Shown in pieces: positions 34,015-44,262 of a stretch of 64,000 nt of DNA (its first letter is position 1; the number at the start of each line of letters is the position of its first letter). The translations under genes were made by a program, and so were the position numbers. Source of the DNA: Eubacteriales bacterium (GTDB lineage: Bacteria; Bacillota; Clostridia; Oscillospirales; CAG-272); NCBI GenBank assembly GCA_045633625.1, contig JAZQYP010000065.1, positions 135,665 through 199,664 on the forward strand. The letters run 5' to 3'. The notes under the pieces were generated by a model. That model ran no database searches. It saw only the letters and a program-made list of their open reading frames with translations, and was not told the DNA's origin.

Positions 34015-36405
34015 TTATGCTCTGAGGTTGATGCCAAGCTGCTTGTCAAGAGCGGTGAGTATCTTATCGGATACCTTGTCTGCTTCTTCAACTGTAAGTG
34101 TTCTGTCAGCCGCGCGGAGCACTACGCGGATAGATACCGACTTCTTGCCCTCGCCGATCTGGTGACCTGTGTATATGTCGAAGAGGTAAACGTCCTCAAC
34201 GAGCTTACCGCCTGCGGTTGCCATGATCTTCTCGATCTTGCCGACCTCGAGATCCTTGTCGCAAACAAAGGAGAAGTCACGAGTCGAAGCGGGGAACTTG
34301 GGAAGTGCCTTGAAGTGCTTCTCGGTGGTCGAGAGAGCGAATATCTTGTCAAAGTCAAGCTCTGCCGCATAAACGGGAATGGAGATTCCGTAGTTCTGCA
34401 TAACGAGAGGATGAACCTGACCGAGAATTGCAACTGTGGTATCACCAACCACTACCTTTGCACATCTTCCGGGGTGGTAAGAGGGGTTATCGGTGACAGC
34501 CACGTATTCAGCACCCTTGATAGAAGCGAGACTCAAGATATTCTCGCAAACACCCTTGATGCTGTAGAAGTCAACCTTACCGTACATACCGACGGTAGTT
34601 ACCTTGTTCTCGTCGGGAAGTGTGTCAGCACCCGTGGGGATATAAACGGAAGCATTCTCAAAGAGAGCTACGTTCTCGTTGCTGAGGTTTACGTTTCTCG
34701 CAATTACCTCAAGGAGAGAGGGAAGCGCAGTAGTTCTCATAACGCTTGTATCCTCGCCCAAGGGGTTGGAGATAACGATAGACGTGCGGAGAGCGCTATC
34801 AGCGGGAAGTCTTACCTTGTCGTAATACTTAGGGCTGATGAAGGAGAACGTCTGGATCTGCGAGATGCCCATTCCGATCATCGCATTCTCAACGTTTACC
34901 TCAAACTGCTGCTTCTTGGATCTGCCACCGCGAGTGGTCTCTGCCTTGATGTTGGTAGAGGGGATCTTGTTGTAGCCCCAAATTCTTGCTACCTCCTCGG
35001 CAATATCGTTCATACAGCCAAGGTCAACTCTGAAGGAGGGAACGGTTATCTTGCCGTCCTCAACCTTGCAGTCAAGGGAGGTAAGGACAGACTTCATATA
35101 ATCGGCATCAATATCGGTGCCAAGGAACTTGTTTATAACGTCGGGATTAAGTGTAAGAACCGTAGGCTCGCGCTTTGTGGGGTAAACGTCGATCATTCCG
35201 CCAACGACCTCACCTGCGCCAAGAAGCTCGATAAGCTCGCAAGCGCGCTCAAGTGCGCCGTAGCAGTTTTCTGCGTCAAGACCCTTCTCAAATCTTGCAG
35301 AGCTTTCGGTACGCATACCGTTCTTCTTTGCGGTAACACGAACCGAGCCGCCGTTGAAGCAAGCAGACTCAAATACAACTGTGGTCGTACCGTCGGTGAT
35401 CTCACTGTTCTCGCCGCCCATAACACCCGCAAGTGCTACTGCCTTTTCCTTATCGGCAATAACGAGCATTGTGGAGTCAAGAGTATGCTCCTGAGAGTCA
35501 AGGGAGATGAACTTCTCGCCGTCAGCCGCGCGGCGAACGTTTATAGCCGATCCGCCAAGGCAAGCGTAGTCAAACGCGTGCATAGGCTGACCGTACTCAA
35601 GCATTACGTAGTTAGTAATATCAACGATGTTGTTGATGGGTCTTACGCCACTCGCGCGAAGTCTCATACGGAGCCAAAGAGGCGAGGGAGCTACCTTAAC
35701 GTTCTTTACAACTCTTGCCGCGTATCTGTAGCAGAGGTCGGGAGCGGATATCTGGACAGAGAGGTAATCCTTAACGTCACCTGTGCCTTCAGCCTTTACA
35801 ACGGGAGTGTGGAGCTTAAGCTCACGATCAAAGGAAACTGCAGTCTCACGTGCAAGACCGATAACAGAGAGGCAGTCGGGGCGGTTTGAGGTGATCTCAA
35901 ACTCAACAACGCTATCGCGGAGCATAAGTGCCTCGCGGATATCCTTGCCTATCATAGCCTCAAAGCTCTGGTCGAGTATGAGGATTCCATCGGTTGCGGC
36001 ACCGGGCATATCGTGCTCAGTAAGTCCAAGCTCGGCGATAGAGCAGAGCATTCCGTGTGATTCAACGCCACGGAGCTTTCCCGACTTGATAACAACTCCA
36101 CCGGGGAGCTTTGCAACAGGGAGTGCCGCGGGAACTATCGCGCCCTCAAACACGTTCTGCGCGCCGGTAACTATCTGCGTAGTCTTACCTTCGCCAATAT
36201 CCATCTGGCAGATCTGAAGGTGGTCACTGTTCTCGTGGGGAGCGATTGAGATGATCTTTGCTACAACGACGTTTTCAACGTCCTCTGCAAGCATCTCAAA
36301 GCCCTCGACCTTAGAGCCTGTGTCGGTCATTCTGTCGGAATACGCTTTATTATCTATATCGCTGACGTCAACGAAGTCAGCAAGCCAATTTCTTGATAAA
36401 TTCAT
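34015..36405 (-). CDS. pheT: phenylalanine--tRNA ligase beta subunit
   Basis: 796 aa. Architecture is tRNA-binding N-domain, B3/4, B5 and a C-terminal FDX-ACB-like domain. It lies directly downstream of pheS. Confidence 0.95.
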   Translation of the reverse strand: MNLSRNWLADFVDVSDIDNKAYSDRMTDTGSKVEGFEMLAEDVENVVVAKIISIAPHENSDHLQICQMDIGEGKTTQIVTGAQNVFEGAIVPAALPVAKLPGGVVIKSGKLRGVESHGMLCSIAELGLTEHDMPGAATDGILILDQSFEAMIGKDIREALMLRDSVVEFEITSNRPDCLSVIGLARETAVSFDRELKLHTPVVKAEGTGDVKDYLSVQISAPDLCYRYAARVVKNVKVAPSPLWLRMRLRASGVRPINNIVDITNYVMLEYGQPMHAFDYACLGGSAINVRRAADGEKFISLDSQEHTLDSTMLVIADKEKAVALAGVMGGENSEITDGTTTVVFESACFNGGSVRVTAKKNGMRTESSARFEKGLDAENCYGALERACELIELLGAGEVVGGMIDVYPTKREPTVLTLNPDVINKFLGTDIDADYMKSVLTSLDCKVEDGKITVPSFRVDLGCMNDIAEEVARIWGYNKIPSTNIKAETTRGGRSKKQQFEVNVENAMIGMGISQIQTFSFISPKYYDKVRLPADSALRTSIVISNPLGEDTSVMRTTALPSLLEVIARNVNLSNENVALFENASVYIPTGADTLPDENKVTTVGMYGKVDFYSIKGVCENILSLASIKGAEYVAVTDNPSYHPGRCAKVVVGDTTVAILGQVHPLVMQNYGISIPVYAAELDFDKIFALSTTEKHFKALPKFPASTRDFSFVCDKDLEVGKIEKIMATAGGKLVEDVYLFDIYTGHQIGEGKKSVSIRVVLRAADRTLTVEEADKVSDKILTALDKQLGINLRA

Positions 36406-36420
36406 TACTATTACCTCCTA

Positions 36421-37434
36421 TCAGAACTGCTCAAGGAATCGCATATCGTTCTCATAGAGATGACGCATATCGTCGATTCCGTAGCGAGCCATAGCAACTC
36501 TCTCGATGCCTACACCAAATGCAAAGCCGCTGTAGACCTCGGGGTCGATGCCGCAGTTAGAGAGAACGAAGGGGTGTACCATTCCCGCACCGAGAATTTC
36601 TATCCAACCCTCACCCTTACAAAGTCTGCAGCCCTTACCGCCGCAAACGAAGCAGGAAACGTCAACCTCTGCCGAGGGCTCTGTGAAGGGGAAGTGGTGA
36701 GGACGGAAGCGGAGCTTTGTCTCTTCGCCGAAGAGTGCCTTTGCGAAGGTCTCAAGCGCGCCCTTAAGGTCGCCCATAGTGATGCCCTTGTCAACAACAA
36801 GTCCCTCAAACTGATGGAAGAGGGGAGAGTGGGTTGCGTCAACTGCGTCGGAACGGTAAACACGTCCGGGAGATACCACTCTTATAGGGGGCTGCTGCTT
36901 CTCCATAGCTCTTACCTGAACGGGAGAGGTCTGGGAACGGAGAAGAATGTTGTCTGTGATGTAGAAGGTGTCCTGTGTGTCTCTTGCAGGGTGATCCTTC
37001 GGAATATTGAGCGCCTCAAAGTTGTAGTAATCATACTCAACCTCAGGACCCTCGATAATGGAAAAGCCCATACCGATAAAGATGTTCTCAAGCTCACGCT
37101 GTGTAGCTGTGAGGGGGTGAATGTGACCCATTGCGGGTGCCTTTCCGGGAACGGTTACGTCCACCTTTTCTGCGATAAGCTTGTTCTCAAGCTCCTTTGC
37201 GGCAAGCTCTGTCGAGCGCTCCTTTATAGCGGTCTCGATCTCGGCTCTTACCTCGTTTGCAAGCTGACCTACGATAGGTCGCTCTTCGGGGGAGAGTGCT
37301 CCCATTCCGCGAAGGATGCTTGTAAGCTCACCCTTCTTGCCAAGGTATTTGATGCGAAGCTCCTCAAGATTTGCCTCGGGGGAAGCAATAGCCGCCATCG
37401 CTTCCGCCTTGATAAGCTGAAGTTTTTCTCTCAT
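36421..37434 (-). CDS. pheS: phenylalanine--tRNA ligase alpha subunit
   Basis: [41 protein letters not shown]. Confidence 0.95.
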   Translation of the reverse strand: MREKLQLIKAEAMAAIASPEANLEELRIKYLGKKGELTSILRGMGALSPEERPIVGQLANEVRAEIETAIKERSTELAAKELENKLIAEKVDVTVPGKAPAMGHIHPLTATQRELENIFIGMGFSIIEGPEVEYDYYNFEALNIPKDHPARDTQDTFYITDNILLRSQTSPVQVRAMEKQQPPIRVVSPGRVYRSDAVDATHSPLFHQFEGLVVDKGITMGDLKGALETFAKALFGEETKLRFRPHHFPFTEPSAEVDVSCFVCGGKGCRLCKGEGWIEILGAGMVHPFVLSNCGIDPEVYSGFAFGVGIERVAMARYGIDDMRHLYENDMRFLEQF

Positions 37435-37462
37435 TTTATATTTCCTTTCTCAAATTATAATC

Positions 37463-37710
37463 AAAAAATAAACCCATCCTAATAGAATAGGACGGGTAAA
37501 AAAATACTCGCGGTACCACCTAAATTTCGGCTCGGTTATAACAAAGCCAACACTTTGCGGGCGTTAACGGTGCCTGCCGTATCTCGCTACGTTTTCACAA
37601 GATCTGCTCCGAAGGGAAATGCAAATATTTCGATATACGCTCGCTTTCAGCCGTGTCGAGCTCTCTGTGGTATATCCTTGAAATACCGCTGACTTCATCA
37701 TAGCATTTAC
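37463..37710 (-). promoter_or_regulatory. T-box riboswitch leader (Phe) with terminator/antiterminator
   Basis: The - strand reads AAATTTAGGTGGTACCGCGAG (T-box motif, 37508-37528). AGAGAG and GCTGAAAG stem-I elements are present. The terminator is acccgtcct-attctatt-aggatgggt + tttatttttt (37463-37497). A UUC codon lies at 37611-37613 in the putative specifier region. Confidence 0.8.
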
Positions 37711-37716
37711 CCGAGT

Positions 37717-37745
37717 ATTATAACATATATGAAAGAAAAATGCAA
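37717..37745 (-). promoter_or_regulatory. sigma-A promoter of the pheST leader
   Basis: - strand TTGCAT, 17-nt spacer, TATAAT. Confidence 0.65.
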
Positions 37746-37752
37746 TAGTTTT

Positions 37753-37788
37753 TATAAAAAAAGTCGGTCAGGCATTTGCCTGACCGAC
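37753..37788 (-). terminator. rho-independent terminator of the family-5 SBP gene
   Basis: gtcggtcaggca/tgcctgaccgac stem with a U-run on the - strand (A-run 37753-62). Confidence 0.8.
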
Positions 37789-37795
37789 AAGATTT

Positions 37796-39724
37796 TTACT
37801 CTGCAATAATAAGCTCTGTTTCCTTTTCCTCTTCGGGAATGTAATTCTCATAATCCTTGAGCTTTGTTTCGGTAAATACGGGAGTACCCATAGTTGTGAA
37901 GTCTACCTTGGAGAGCTCCTTGCTTACGAGAACTGCGTTCTGATTGAAGATAACGGGGATAACGGGCATATCCTCAAGGAGCATCTTTTCTGCCTCGTGA
38001 AGAAGCTCTGCTCTCTCTGCCTGTGTGCCTGCAACAAGTACCTTCTCCATATGCTCGTTATAAGCCTCACTGTCATAGCCTGTCTTGTGAGGTGTAAGCT
38101 CGTAGGAGAGGTTTGTCATATCCATAGCCTGACCCGAGAATGCCTTTGCGAAGGGAGCAAGCATCGAGTATGCATCGTTTGTGAGTGTTACCATATCAAT
38201 AGCCGCAACCTCAAACTCGCATGCTCTGTATGCCTCTGAGAACACATCATCCTTGATGGTTCTATCTGCTTCCTGTGTGATCTTCGAGATCTCGTCATTG
38301 TCGATAACGTCGATTGCATTTACTGCAACGTGGAAGCCGAGTCCATCCTCGCCCCAAGCGGCCGCTACCATCTCGGCGATCTGCATATGAACGTCATCGT
38401 AAGCCGCTACCGAGATAGCGAACATATAATCGGAGGGGTCAACTCCTGCCTCTTTGAGAAGAGCCTTAGCTGCTGCAAGGTCTGCTGTCGATGCGATAAT
38501 GTCACCGCCGACCTCTCTGAAGGATGCAGCCTTCTTTTCATTTGTGTTCTTTGCAGTGTAGGGAACAAGACCGGAAGCTGCCTTCGCAAATACAACTGCG
38601 TTTGCGATAGCCTCTCTGTCAAGTGCGAGAGAGAGCGCCTGTCTTACCTTTGCGTCTGCAAATATCTTGTCGCCGTCAACACCGTCAACGAGCTCCTTGT
38701 TGAATACGTTATAAGAGGACTCAAGGTCTGCAAACGCGCTTCTGTCATACTTGCGGATAACTGCATTCTCGTTGAGCACGTATGTATGAGTGCTGGGAGC
38801 ATCGGTCACGGTTGCCTTGTCAGCATAATCGTTTCTTACAGAGAGGGGGATATCTCCAACGTAGAAGATCTCGCCATTCTCGTAAGCTGCCATTATCTCT
38901 TCCTCGGTCATCGAGTAGTTGATGCGGAGCTGATAGGGCTTAACTGTCTTGTCGTAAGCGTCCTCTGTGTAGTTTCTGTAGTAGTAGGGGTTTCTCTCGA
39001 TGATGATCTGGCTGATAGCAACTATCTCGCCCTTTTCCATATCGGGATCATACTTTGCAGTTCTGAGCTTGAAGGGACCGCTTGTTACCATTGTAGAGGG
39101 TCTCTTTGCCCAGTCGTCTCCTGCACGGGATACGATATCCTCACGAAGAGGAACGAGAGCGTAGCTCGAAATATTGATGAGGAACTGATCGTAGTCGATG
39201 TCGCCAACGAATTCGATCGAGATCTCCTTTTCGTTAAGAGCATATATTGCTACGTCGTCGATAGACGCGTCACCCTCTTTAGCATCGCGTGCGTTCTTTA
39301 CGTCGAAGAGAAGGCAAGCGGCATCGTAGGAAGCCTCGTTATCAAGCACTCTCTTCCACGCATAAACAACGTCGTTAGCGGTAACGGCAATGTTATCGCT
39401 CCACATTGCCTCGTCGTTGAGGGTAATGATCATTTTATATTCATTAAGCTCTTCGTTCTTGGTTATCTTGTAGCTTTCTGCAAGACAATTCTCAAGCTTT
39501 CCGTTCTCTTTTACAATAAAGAGATTATCGTATAAAAGGCTTATTACCTTGAGCGCCGACTCATTTGTAAATGCGTTTGCGGGATCAAGATCGTAGACCA
39601 TGTCCGTCAAATACATGCTAATATAAGCGCCCTTATCGGTATCATCAAGCTTTGCGGAACATCCTGCAAAGGCAGAAGCAACGATTATAAGGCAGATTGC
39701 CAGTGAAATAATGCGTTTTAACAT
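37796..39724 (-). CDS. family-5 (peptide/nickel, OppA-like) solute-binding lipoprotein
   Basis: MLKRIISLAICLIIVASAFAGC lipobox. The ~640-aa mature protein has the typical SBP_bac_5 length and pattern. AGGAGG RBS. Confidence 0.7.
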   Translation of the reverse strand: MLKRIISLAICLIIVASAFAGCSAKLDDTDKGAYISMYLTDMVYDLDPANAFTNESALKVISLLYDNLFIVKENGKLENCLAESYKITKNEELNEYKMIITLNDEAMWSDNIAVTANDVVYAWKRVLDNEASYDAACLLFDVKNARDAKEGDASIDDVAIYALNEKEISIEFVGDIDYDQFLINISSYALVPLREDIVSRAGDDWAKRPSTMVTSGPFKLRTAKYDPDMEKGEIVAISQIIIERNPYYYRNYTEDAYDKTVKPYQLRINYSMTEEEIMAAYENGEIFYVGDIPLSVRNDYADKATVTDAPSTHTYVLNENAVIRKYDRSAFADLESSYNVFNKELVDGVDGDKIFADAKVRQALSLALDREAIANAVVFAKAASGLVPYTAKNTNEKKAASFREVGGDIIASTADLAAAKALLKEAGVDPSDYMFAISVAAYDDVHMQIAEMVAAAWGEDGLGFHVAVNAIDVIDNDEISKITQEADRTIKDDVFSEAYRACEFEVAAIDMVTLTNDAYSMLAPFAKAFSGQAMDMTNLSYELTPHKTGYDSEAYNEHMEKVLVAGTQAERAELLHEAEKMLLEDMPVIPVIFNQNAVLVSKELSKVDFTTMGTPVFTETKLKDYENYIPEEEKETELIIAE

Positions 39725-39939
39725 CGTTTGGAACTCCTCCTGAATTGGTTGGTACATACAATATAATATAAGAAAATATTATTCAAGATATTATACCACC
39801 TTTTTTACATAAAATCAATCAGAATAATGGGAATGTTTCAAGTTTCGGCTATCTGCACAATTATGGAAGAAACAAGTTGTGCATATTTCCCACAAACTCG
39901 AAGAAAGATAAGAGAAAAAGGGGTTTTGGAGGGCAAAAA

Positions 39940-40821
39940 ATGATCGAATACGCAAATTCAGATCTTGCGGTAGAAAAGAAAGGCCTTTGGCAGATAGACG
40001 CTTCGTGTTATACTGAGGAAGAGGAGGGCGAATGCACGGTATGCAGGCTCAATATCGAGAATGACGAGGATTCAGCAAAATACGGTAGGGAAAAGGGGCA
40101 TTACGTGACAGTGTTCTGCGATAAGATCTGGCTTATGGATAACGAGGGGCTTGAGTCAATGTCATATACAGTTTCGCATGAGATAGAAAAGATGCTTTTT
40201 CGAGTTTGCAAAAAGAGTGTGAGCGAGCAAAAGATTCTCGTCGTAGGGCTTGGCAATCCCGATATGACCTCCGATGCCATAGGTCCGTTTACGGTAAGAC
40301 AAATGATGGTTACAAGGCATCTTGGCGGCTTCTATAAAAAGATATTCGGTGACAAACGAGTGACAAACGTAGCGGCAATTGCCCCGGGGGTGCTTTCACA
40401 AACGGGAATTGAGACGGTGGAAATTATAAAAAGCGCCGCGTTGAGTGTTTCCCCCGACGCAATTATCGCAGTTGATGCCCTTGCGGCGCGAAGCTGTGAG
40501 CGTCTCGGCTCGACGGTTCAGATCTCCGATAACGGGATCTCCCCGGGCTCCGGCGTCGGCAACTCGCGAAAGGCGATAAACAAGAAAAACGTGGGCGTTC
40601 CCGTGATAGCGCTTGGAGTTCCTACAGTTGTCGATTCTGCAACTCTTGTTTGCGACGTGCTTGAGAGGGCGGGTGTAAGTACTGTTTCTGACGAGCTTCA
40701 GGGGGTGCTACGCGAGGGTAGAAGCTTTTTTGTGAGTCCGAAGGAGAGTGATATGATAGCAAGAAGTGCCTCTGAGCTTCTTGCCGCGGCACTTGACATA
40801 ACCTTCGGGACGCGGGTATAA
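39940..40821 (+). CDS. gpr: GPR germination (spore) endopeptidase
   Basis: VVGLGNPDMTSDAIGP, AVDALAA. It is followed by spoIIP, as in other spore formers. Confidence 0.85.
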   Translation: MIEYANSDLAVEKKGLWQIDASCYTEEEEGECTVCRLNIENDEDSAKYGREKGHYVTVFCDKIWLMDNEGLESMSYTVSHEIEKMLFRVCKKSVSEQKILVVGLGNPDMTSDAIGPFTVRQMMVTRHLGGFYKKIFGDKRVTNVAAIAPGVLSQTGIETVEIIKSAALSVSPDAIIAVDALAARSCERLGSTVQISDNGISPGSGVGNSRKAINKKNVGVPVIALGVPTVVDSATLVCDVLERAGVSTVSDELQGVLREGRSFFVSPKESDMIARSASELLAAALDITFGTRV

Positions 40822-40874
40822 ATTCCTTTGCTTTCGAATATGATTTCGTAAGAACAAAAAGGAAGGTAAAGAGA

Positions 40875-42131
40875 ATGCTCAGAAAAAGACCGTTGCTTGA
40901 AAAAAGGGAAATACCCCTGCTATGTCAGGAAAAGATATTGGGGCTTGATGCAGTGCCCCGAAAAAAAGGGTGGACAAGGTATAAGCGTGCCCTCAGGATA
41001 TTTTCTCTTACCCTGTTTATCACACTTATGCTCACCTTGACAGTATTCTTGGTGGGGGCGCTTAAGGCAGGGGTGCTTGACGATATTCGCGCGGTGATCG
41101 TGAGTGGCGTATTTGAGCATTTTTTCGGTATTGACACAGATACAGAGAGCGATAGTGAGACGCACGAGCCCGAGAGCGAAACCGATACCGAGACCGATAC
41201 CGATACCGAGACAAGCACTGACACGCCAGCCCCCGACACCGATCCTCCCGAGACAAAGCCCGTGGTAAATGAGCCCGAAAGCGAGCCTCTTACCCCTGAG
41301 CTACTCTACTATTTTGATCCATCGACCGTGCCCGAGGGAGAGCTTGCAGTAATACCGATGGACCTCTCACTCTATACAAGCGGCACCACCTACATAAATA
41401 ATTCAACAGGCTACGCCATAAATGCAGAGACGCTTCTAGAGAGGGAGCTTGGGGGAGATATAGGCTTTGAGAAGCTATCCTCGGTCGACGAGCCAACGGT
41501 GCTTATAATCCACACGCACGGAACGGAGGCGTATCTTGAGGATGGCGCGATCTCTTATTCTGATGACGGCGGGGAGCTTGCGCGCTCGACCGACAAAGGT
41601 GAGAGTGTGGTAGCTGTAGGTGAGCTTATGGCAAGGATACTTAACGAAAACGGAGTATCTGCCGTTCATTGTACTTTTATGCACGATAGCGTCGGATACC
41701 GTAATTCGTATGCACGCGCCGAGGAGACGATAAAGGAGTATCTTGAAGCATATCCCACGATAAAGCTCGTTATAGATATCCACAGAGACGGCGTTATGCG
41801 CTCGACGGGCGAGCTTGTGCGACCCGTGACGGTTGTGGAGGGGGAGGCTGTGGCGCAGGTAATGTGTGTCGTTGGTAGCGACTACGGAGGGGAGGCGTGT
41901 CCCGCTTGGCAGGATAATCTCTCTCTTGCACTCAAGCTCCGTCACAAGCTTAACGGCGAATATATGAATGTGTGCCGACCGACAGACCTCAGGGCATCTA
42001 CTTATAATCAGGAGTTCTCAAGGTACTCATTGCTTCTTGAGATAGGCTCTTGCGCAAATAGCCTTGAGGAGGCGTTGCGTGCCGCAGAGCTTGTTGCCCG
42101 GACACTTGTCGAGATTATAAAAGAAATTTAA
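40875..42131 (+). CDS. spoIIP: stage II sporulation protein P
   Basis: N-terminal TM, acidic (T-D/E) low-complexity linker, IIHTHGTEAY, IDIHRDG. Confidence 0.85.
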   Translation: MLRKRPLLEKREIPLLCQEKILGLDAVPRKKGWTRYKRALRIFSLTLFITLMLTLTVFLVGALKAGVLDDIRAVIVSGVFEHFFGIDTDTESDSETHEPESETDTETDTDTETSTDTPAPDTDPPETKPVVNEPESEPLTPELLYYFDPSTVPEGELAVIPMDLSLYTSGTTYINNSTGYAINAETLLERELGGDIGFEKLSSVDEPTVLIIHTHGTEAYLEDGAISYSDDGGELARSTDKGESVVAVGELMARILNENGVSAVHCTFMHDSVGYRNSYARAEETIKEYLEAYPTIKLVIDIHRDGVMRSTGELVRPVTVVEGEAVAQVMCVVGSDYGGEACPAWQDNLSLALKLRHKLNGEYMNVCRPTDLRASTYNQEFSRYSLLLEIGSCANSLEEALRAAELVARTLVEIIKEI

Positions 42132-42229
42132 AAATTATTCCAAAAAAAGAAAAATAATTCAAAAAACCCCTTTACAACCCCGAAAATATGTGATATAATA
42201 ATTCCAACGAAGGAAAAACGGGAGGGCGT

Positions 42230-43024
42230 ATGAATTATATTGACAGAATTAAAAAGCTAAAGAGCGAAAAGAAGATAACCAACGACAGATTGTCCGAAAT
42301 TACAGGGATACCGCTTGGTACGCTCAGTAAGCTTCTTGCAGGCATCAGCGATTCGCCCAAGCTTTCAAATATCATAGCTATCTCCGATGCACTCGGATGC
42401 TCGCTTGATTATATTGTCAGCGGCAAAGAGGACAACGACCATAATTTCACGCTTACCGACGATGAGATCGATTTTGTAAAGAAGTACAGAGAGCTTGACG
42501 CGTGCGGCAGAGATATCGCGACCTTCGTCGTAAATCGCGAGTATAGCCGTGTGGCAGACCTACCCGTACAGACTCCCAAGATAATCGTTAATAAGGAAAA
42601 GGTGGAGAAGAAGAGGATCGAAAGATCCACCGAGGAGAAGAGAAGCAGCTTCTCTCGCAGAAGCATCTTCCTTTACGATATGCCCGTATCTGCAGGTAGC
42701 GGAGTTTATCTTGACGACGCAACGGCAGAGAAGATAAATATTCCCGACAATGAAAAGACGGTGACCGCCGATTTCGCACTTCGCATCAGCGGAAACAGTA
42801 TGGAGCCTAAATATCACGACGGAGACATCCTCCTTGTTGAGAATGCTGACAGCACAGAGGTTGGCGAGCTTGGTATTTTCGTGCTTGACGGAAGCGGATA
42901 TTTCAAAAAATACGGCGGAGACAGACTTATATCTCTGAATCCCGAATTTGCCGATATACTCCTTAAGGACTACACCGAGGTTGCCTGCTGTGGCAGAGTT
43001 GTAGGAAAGCTCAAGAGAAAATAA
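42230..43024 (+). CDS. XRE-type HTH / S24 LexA-like peptidase repressor
   Basis: N-terminal HTH (LSEITGIPLGTLSKLLAG) and a C-terminal S24 domain (ISGNSMEPKYHDGD...K). TTTACA-17-TATAAT lies upstream. Confidence 0.8.
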   Translation: MNYIDRIKKLKSEKKITNDRLSEITGIPLGTLSKLLAGISDSPKLSNIIAISDALGCSLDYIVSGKEDNDHNFTLTDDEIDFVKKYRELDACGRDIATFVVNREYSRVADLPVQTPKIIVNKEKVEKKRIERSTEEKRSSFSRRSIFLYDMPVSAGSGVYLDDATAEKINIPDNEKTVTADFALRISGNSMEPKYHDGDILLVENADSTEVGELGIFVLDGSGYFKKYGGDRLISLNPEFADILLKDYTEVACCGRVVGKLKRK

Positions 43025-43030
43025 AATACA

Positions 43031-43066
43031 AAAAAATCGAGCCTTATGGCTCGATTTTTTCTTTTT
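43031..43066 (+). terminator. rho-independent terminator
   Basis: atcgagcc-ttat-ggctcgat followed by tttttcttttt. Confidence 0.85.
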
Positions 43067-43098
43067 GGGCAATAATAGTAAAAAAAGGAGTTATAGGT

Positions 43099-44262
43099 AT
43101 GATAAAGGTTTGCGAAATAATAACGGACACGAACATCGGGGGCGCGGGAAGGCTTCTTGTCACGCGGCTTTCGGTGGCTGACAGAGAAAAATTCGACATC
43201 TGCGTCCTCCTCCCTCGTGGGAGTGAGCTCGTGCCCGAATTTAGGAAAATAAATATAAAAATTCACGAGATGAAGGGATGTGCTGACAGGTCGTTTGATT
43301 GTCTTGAGATACCGTCTCTTATAAAATTTTTCAGGACGCACGATTTCGATATCGTCAACTGTCACGGGTGCTTATCGGCAAGGCTCGCGGCGTGTGCGGC
43401 AGGCGTACCGATCCGAATCTATACAAGGCATTGTGCCTTTCCGCCCAGCCGTTTTATGACCAGCCATCCTGCAAGAAAGGTAAATGGGCTTGCAAACAAG
43501 CATCTGAGCACAAAAATAATCGCCGTTGCCGATGCCGCGGCAAAAAATCTTACCGATACGGGAATTTCTCCGCAGCAGATAGAGGTGATAATCAACGGAG
43601 TCGCAGGTCTTGAAAAATATGACGATATTCATCGGCTTGAAGCGAGAAAAAGGCTCGGCGTGCCAGGTGACGCCTTTGTTCTCGGTATTTGCGCACGGCT
43701 TGAGGAGTGTAAGGGAATAGACACCCTTATACGAGCTGCCGAGCTGCTCATACGGGGTGGGGAAGACGTTTTTGTTATGATTGTAGGCAGGGGAAGCGCT
43801 GAGCGTGATTTGCGCGCACTTGCCGAGGCGCTGGGGATCAGTCAGAAGATATCCTTCTGCGGCTTTGCTCCCGACGTCACTCCCTATGTCAACTGCTTTG
43901 ACGCCAATATCAACTGCTCGCGCGGTACCGAGACGTCCTCTCTCGCTCTGTCCGAGGGAATGAGCATAGGGCTTCCGTGCGTAGCGAGCGATTTTGGGGG
44001 TAACACCTATATGGTGCGGCACGGAGTGAACGGTCTTATATTTCCAACCGATGATTTCGTGGCGCTTGCCGAGAATATTCGTCTTCTGATTAACGATAGG
44101 TCGCTCTATGAGAGAACGTCAAGGAATGCTTACGAGCGTTTTTTGAGTGAGCTCAATGCAAAAAATATGGCAAGGAAGACCGAGGAGCTTTATTCCTCGC
44201 TTTTCCTTGCCAGATCATCAAAGGATTATTGCGAAAGCAATCGCAAAATAGATAAGAAGTGA
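43099..44262 (+). CDS. GT4-family (GT-B) glycosyltransferase
   Basis: GGAGR, EX7E (ETSSLALSE), GLPCVASDFGG. Confidence 0.8.
   Translation: MIKVCEIITDTNIGGAGRLLVTRLSVADREKFDICVLLPRGSELVPEFRKINIKIHEMKGCADRSFDCLEIPSLIKFFRTHDFDIVNCHGCLSARLAACAAGVPIRIYTRHCAFPPSRFMTSHPARKVNGLANKHLSTKIIAVADAAAKNLTDTGISPQQIEVIINGVAGLEKYDDIHRLEARKRLGVPGDAFVLGICARLEECKGIDTLIRAAELLIRGGEDVFVMIVGRGSAERDLRALAEALGISQKISFCGFAPDVTPYVNCFDANINCSRGTETSSLALSEGMSIGLPCVASDFGGNTYMVRHGVNGLIFPTDDFVALAENIRLLINDRSLYERTSRNAYERFLSELNAKNMARKTEELYSSLFLARSSKDYCESNRKIDKK

Noticed and set aside
33787-35889. 700-aa ORF on the + strand
   Set aside because: It is entirely antisense to pheT and the DUF896 gene, in the codon-aligned shadow frame. 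The sequence is low-complexity (L/V/S/C/R-rich) with no RBS and no recognisable motifs.
37435-37795. Structured non-coding region checked for a tRNA or small RNA gene
   Set aside because: There is no cloverleaf. The conserved GGTGGTACCGCG motif and the terminator identify it as the pheS T-box leader.
36460-39535. Antisense ORFs of 340 aa (opposite pheS) and 401 aa (opposite the family-5 SBP)
   Set aside because: Same artefact. The sense strand carries unambiguous aaRS and SBP motifs.
39758-39939. Possible forespore (SigF/SigG) promoter for gpr around GCATATTTCCC...GAAAGATAA, and a similar search upstream of the SASP gene
   Set aside because: The matches to the -35 GCATA/GHATR and -10 consensus sequences, as I remember them, are too loose to call without a PWM.
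42230-44262. XRE/S24 repressor considered as a prophage or mobile-island marker
   Set aside because: There are no integrase, excisionase, phage structural or att-like repeats on either side. Its neighbours are spoIIP and a glycosyltransferase with native codon usage.
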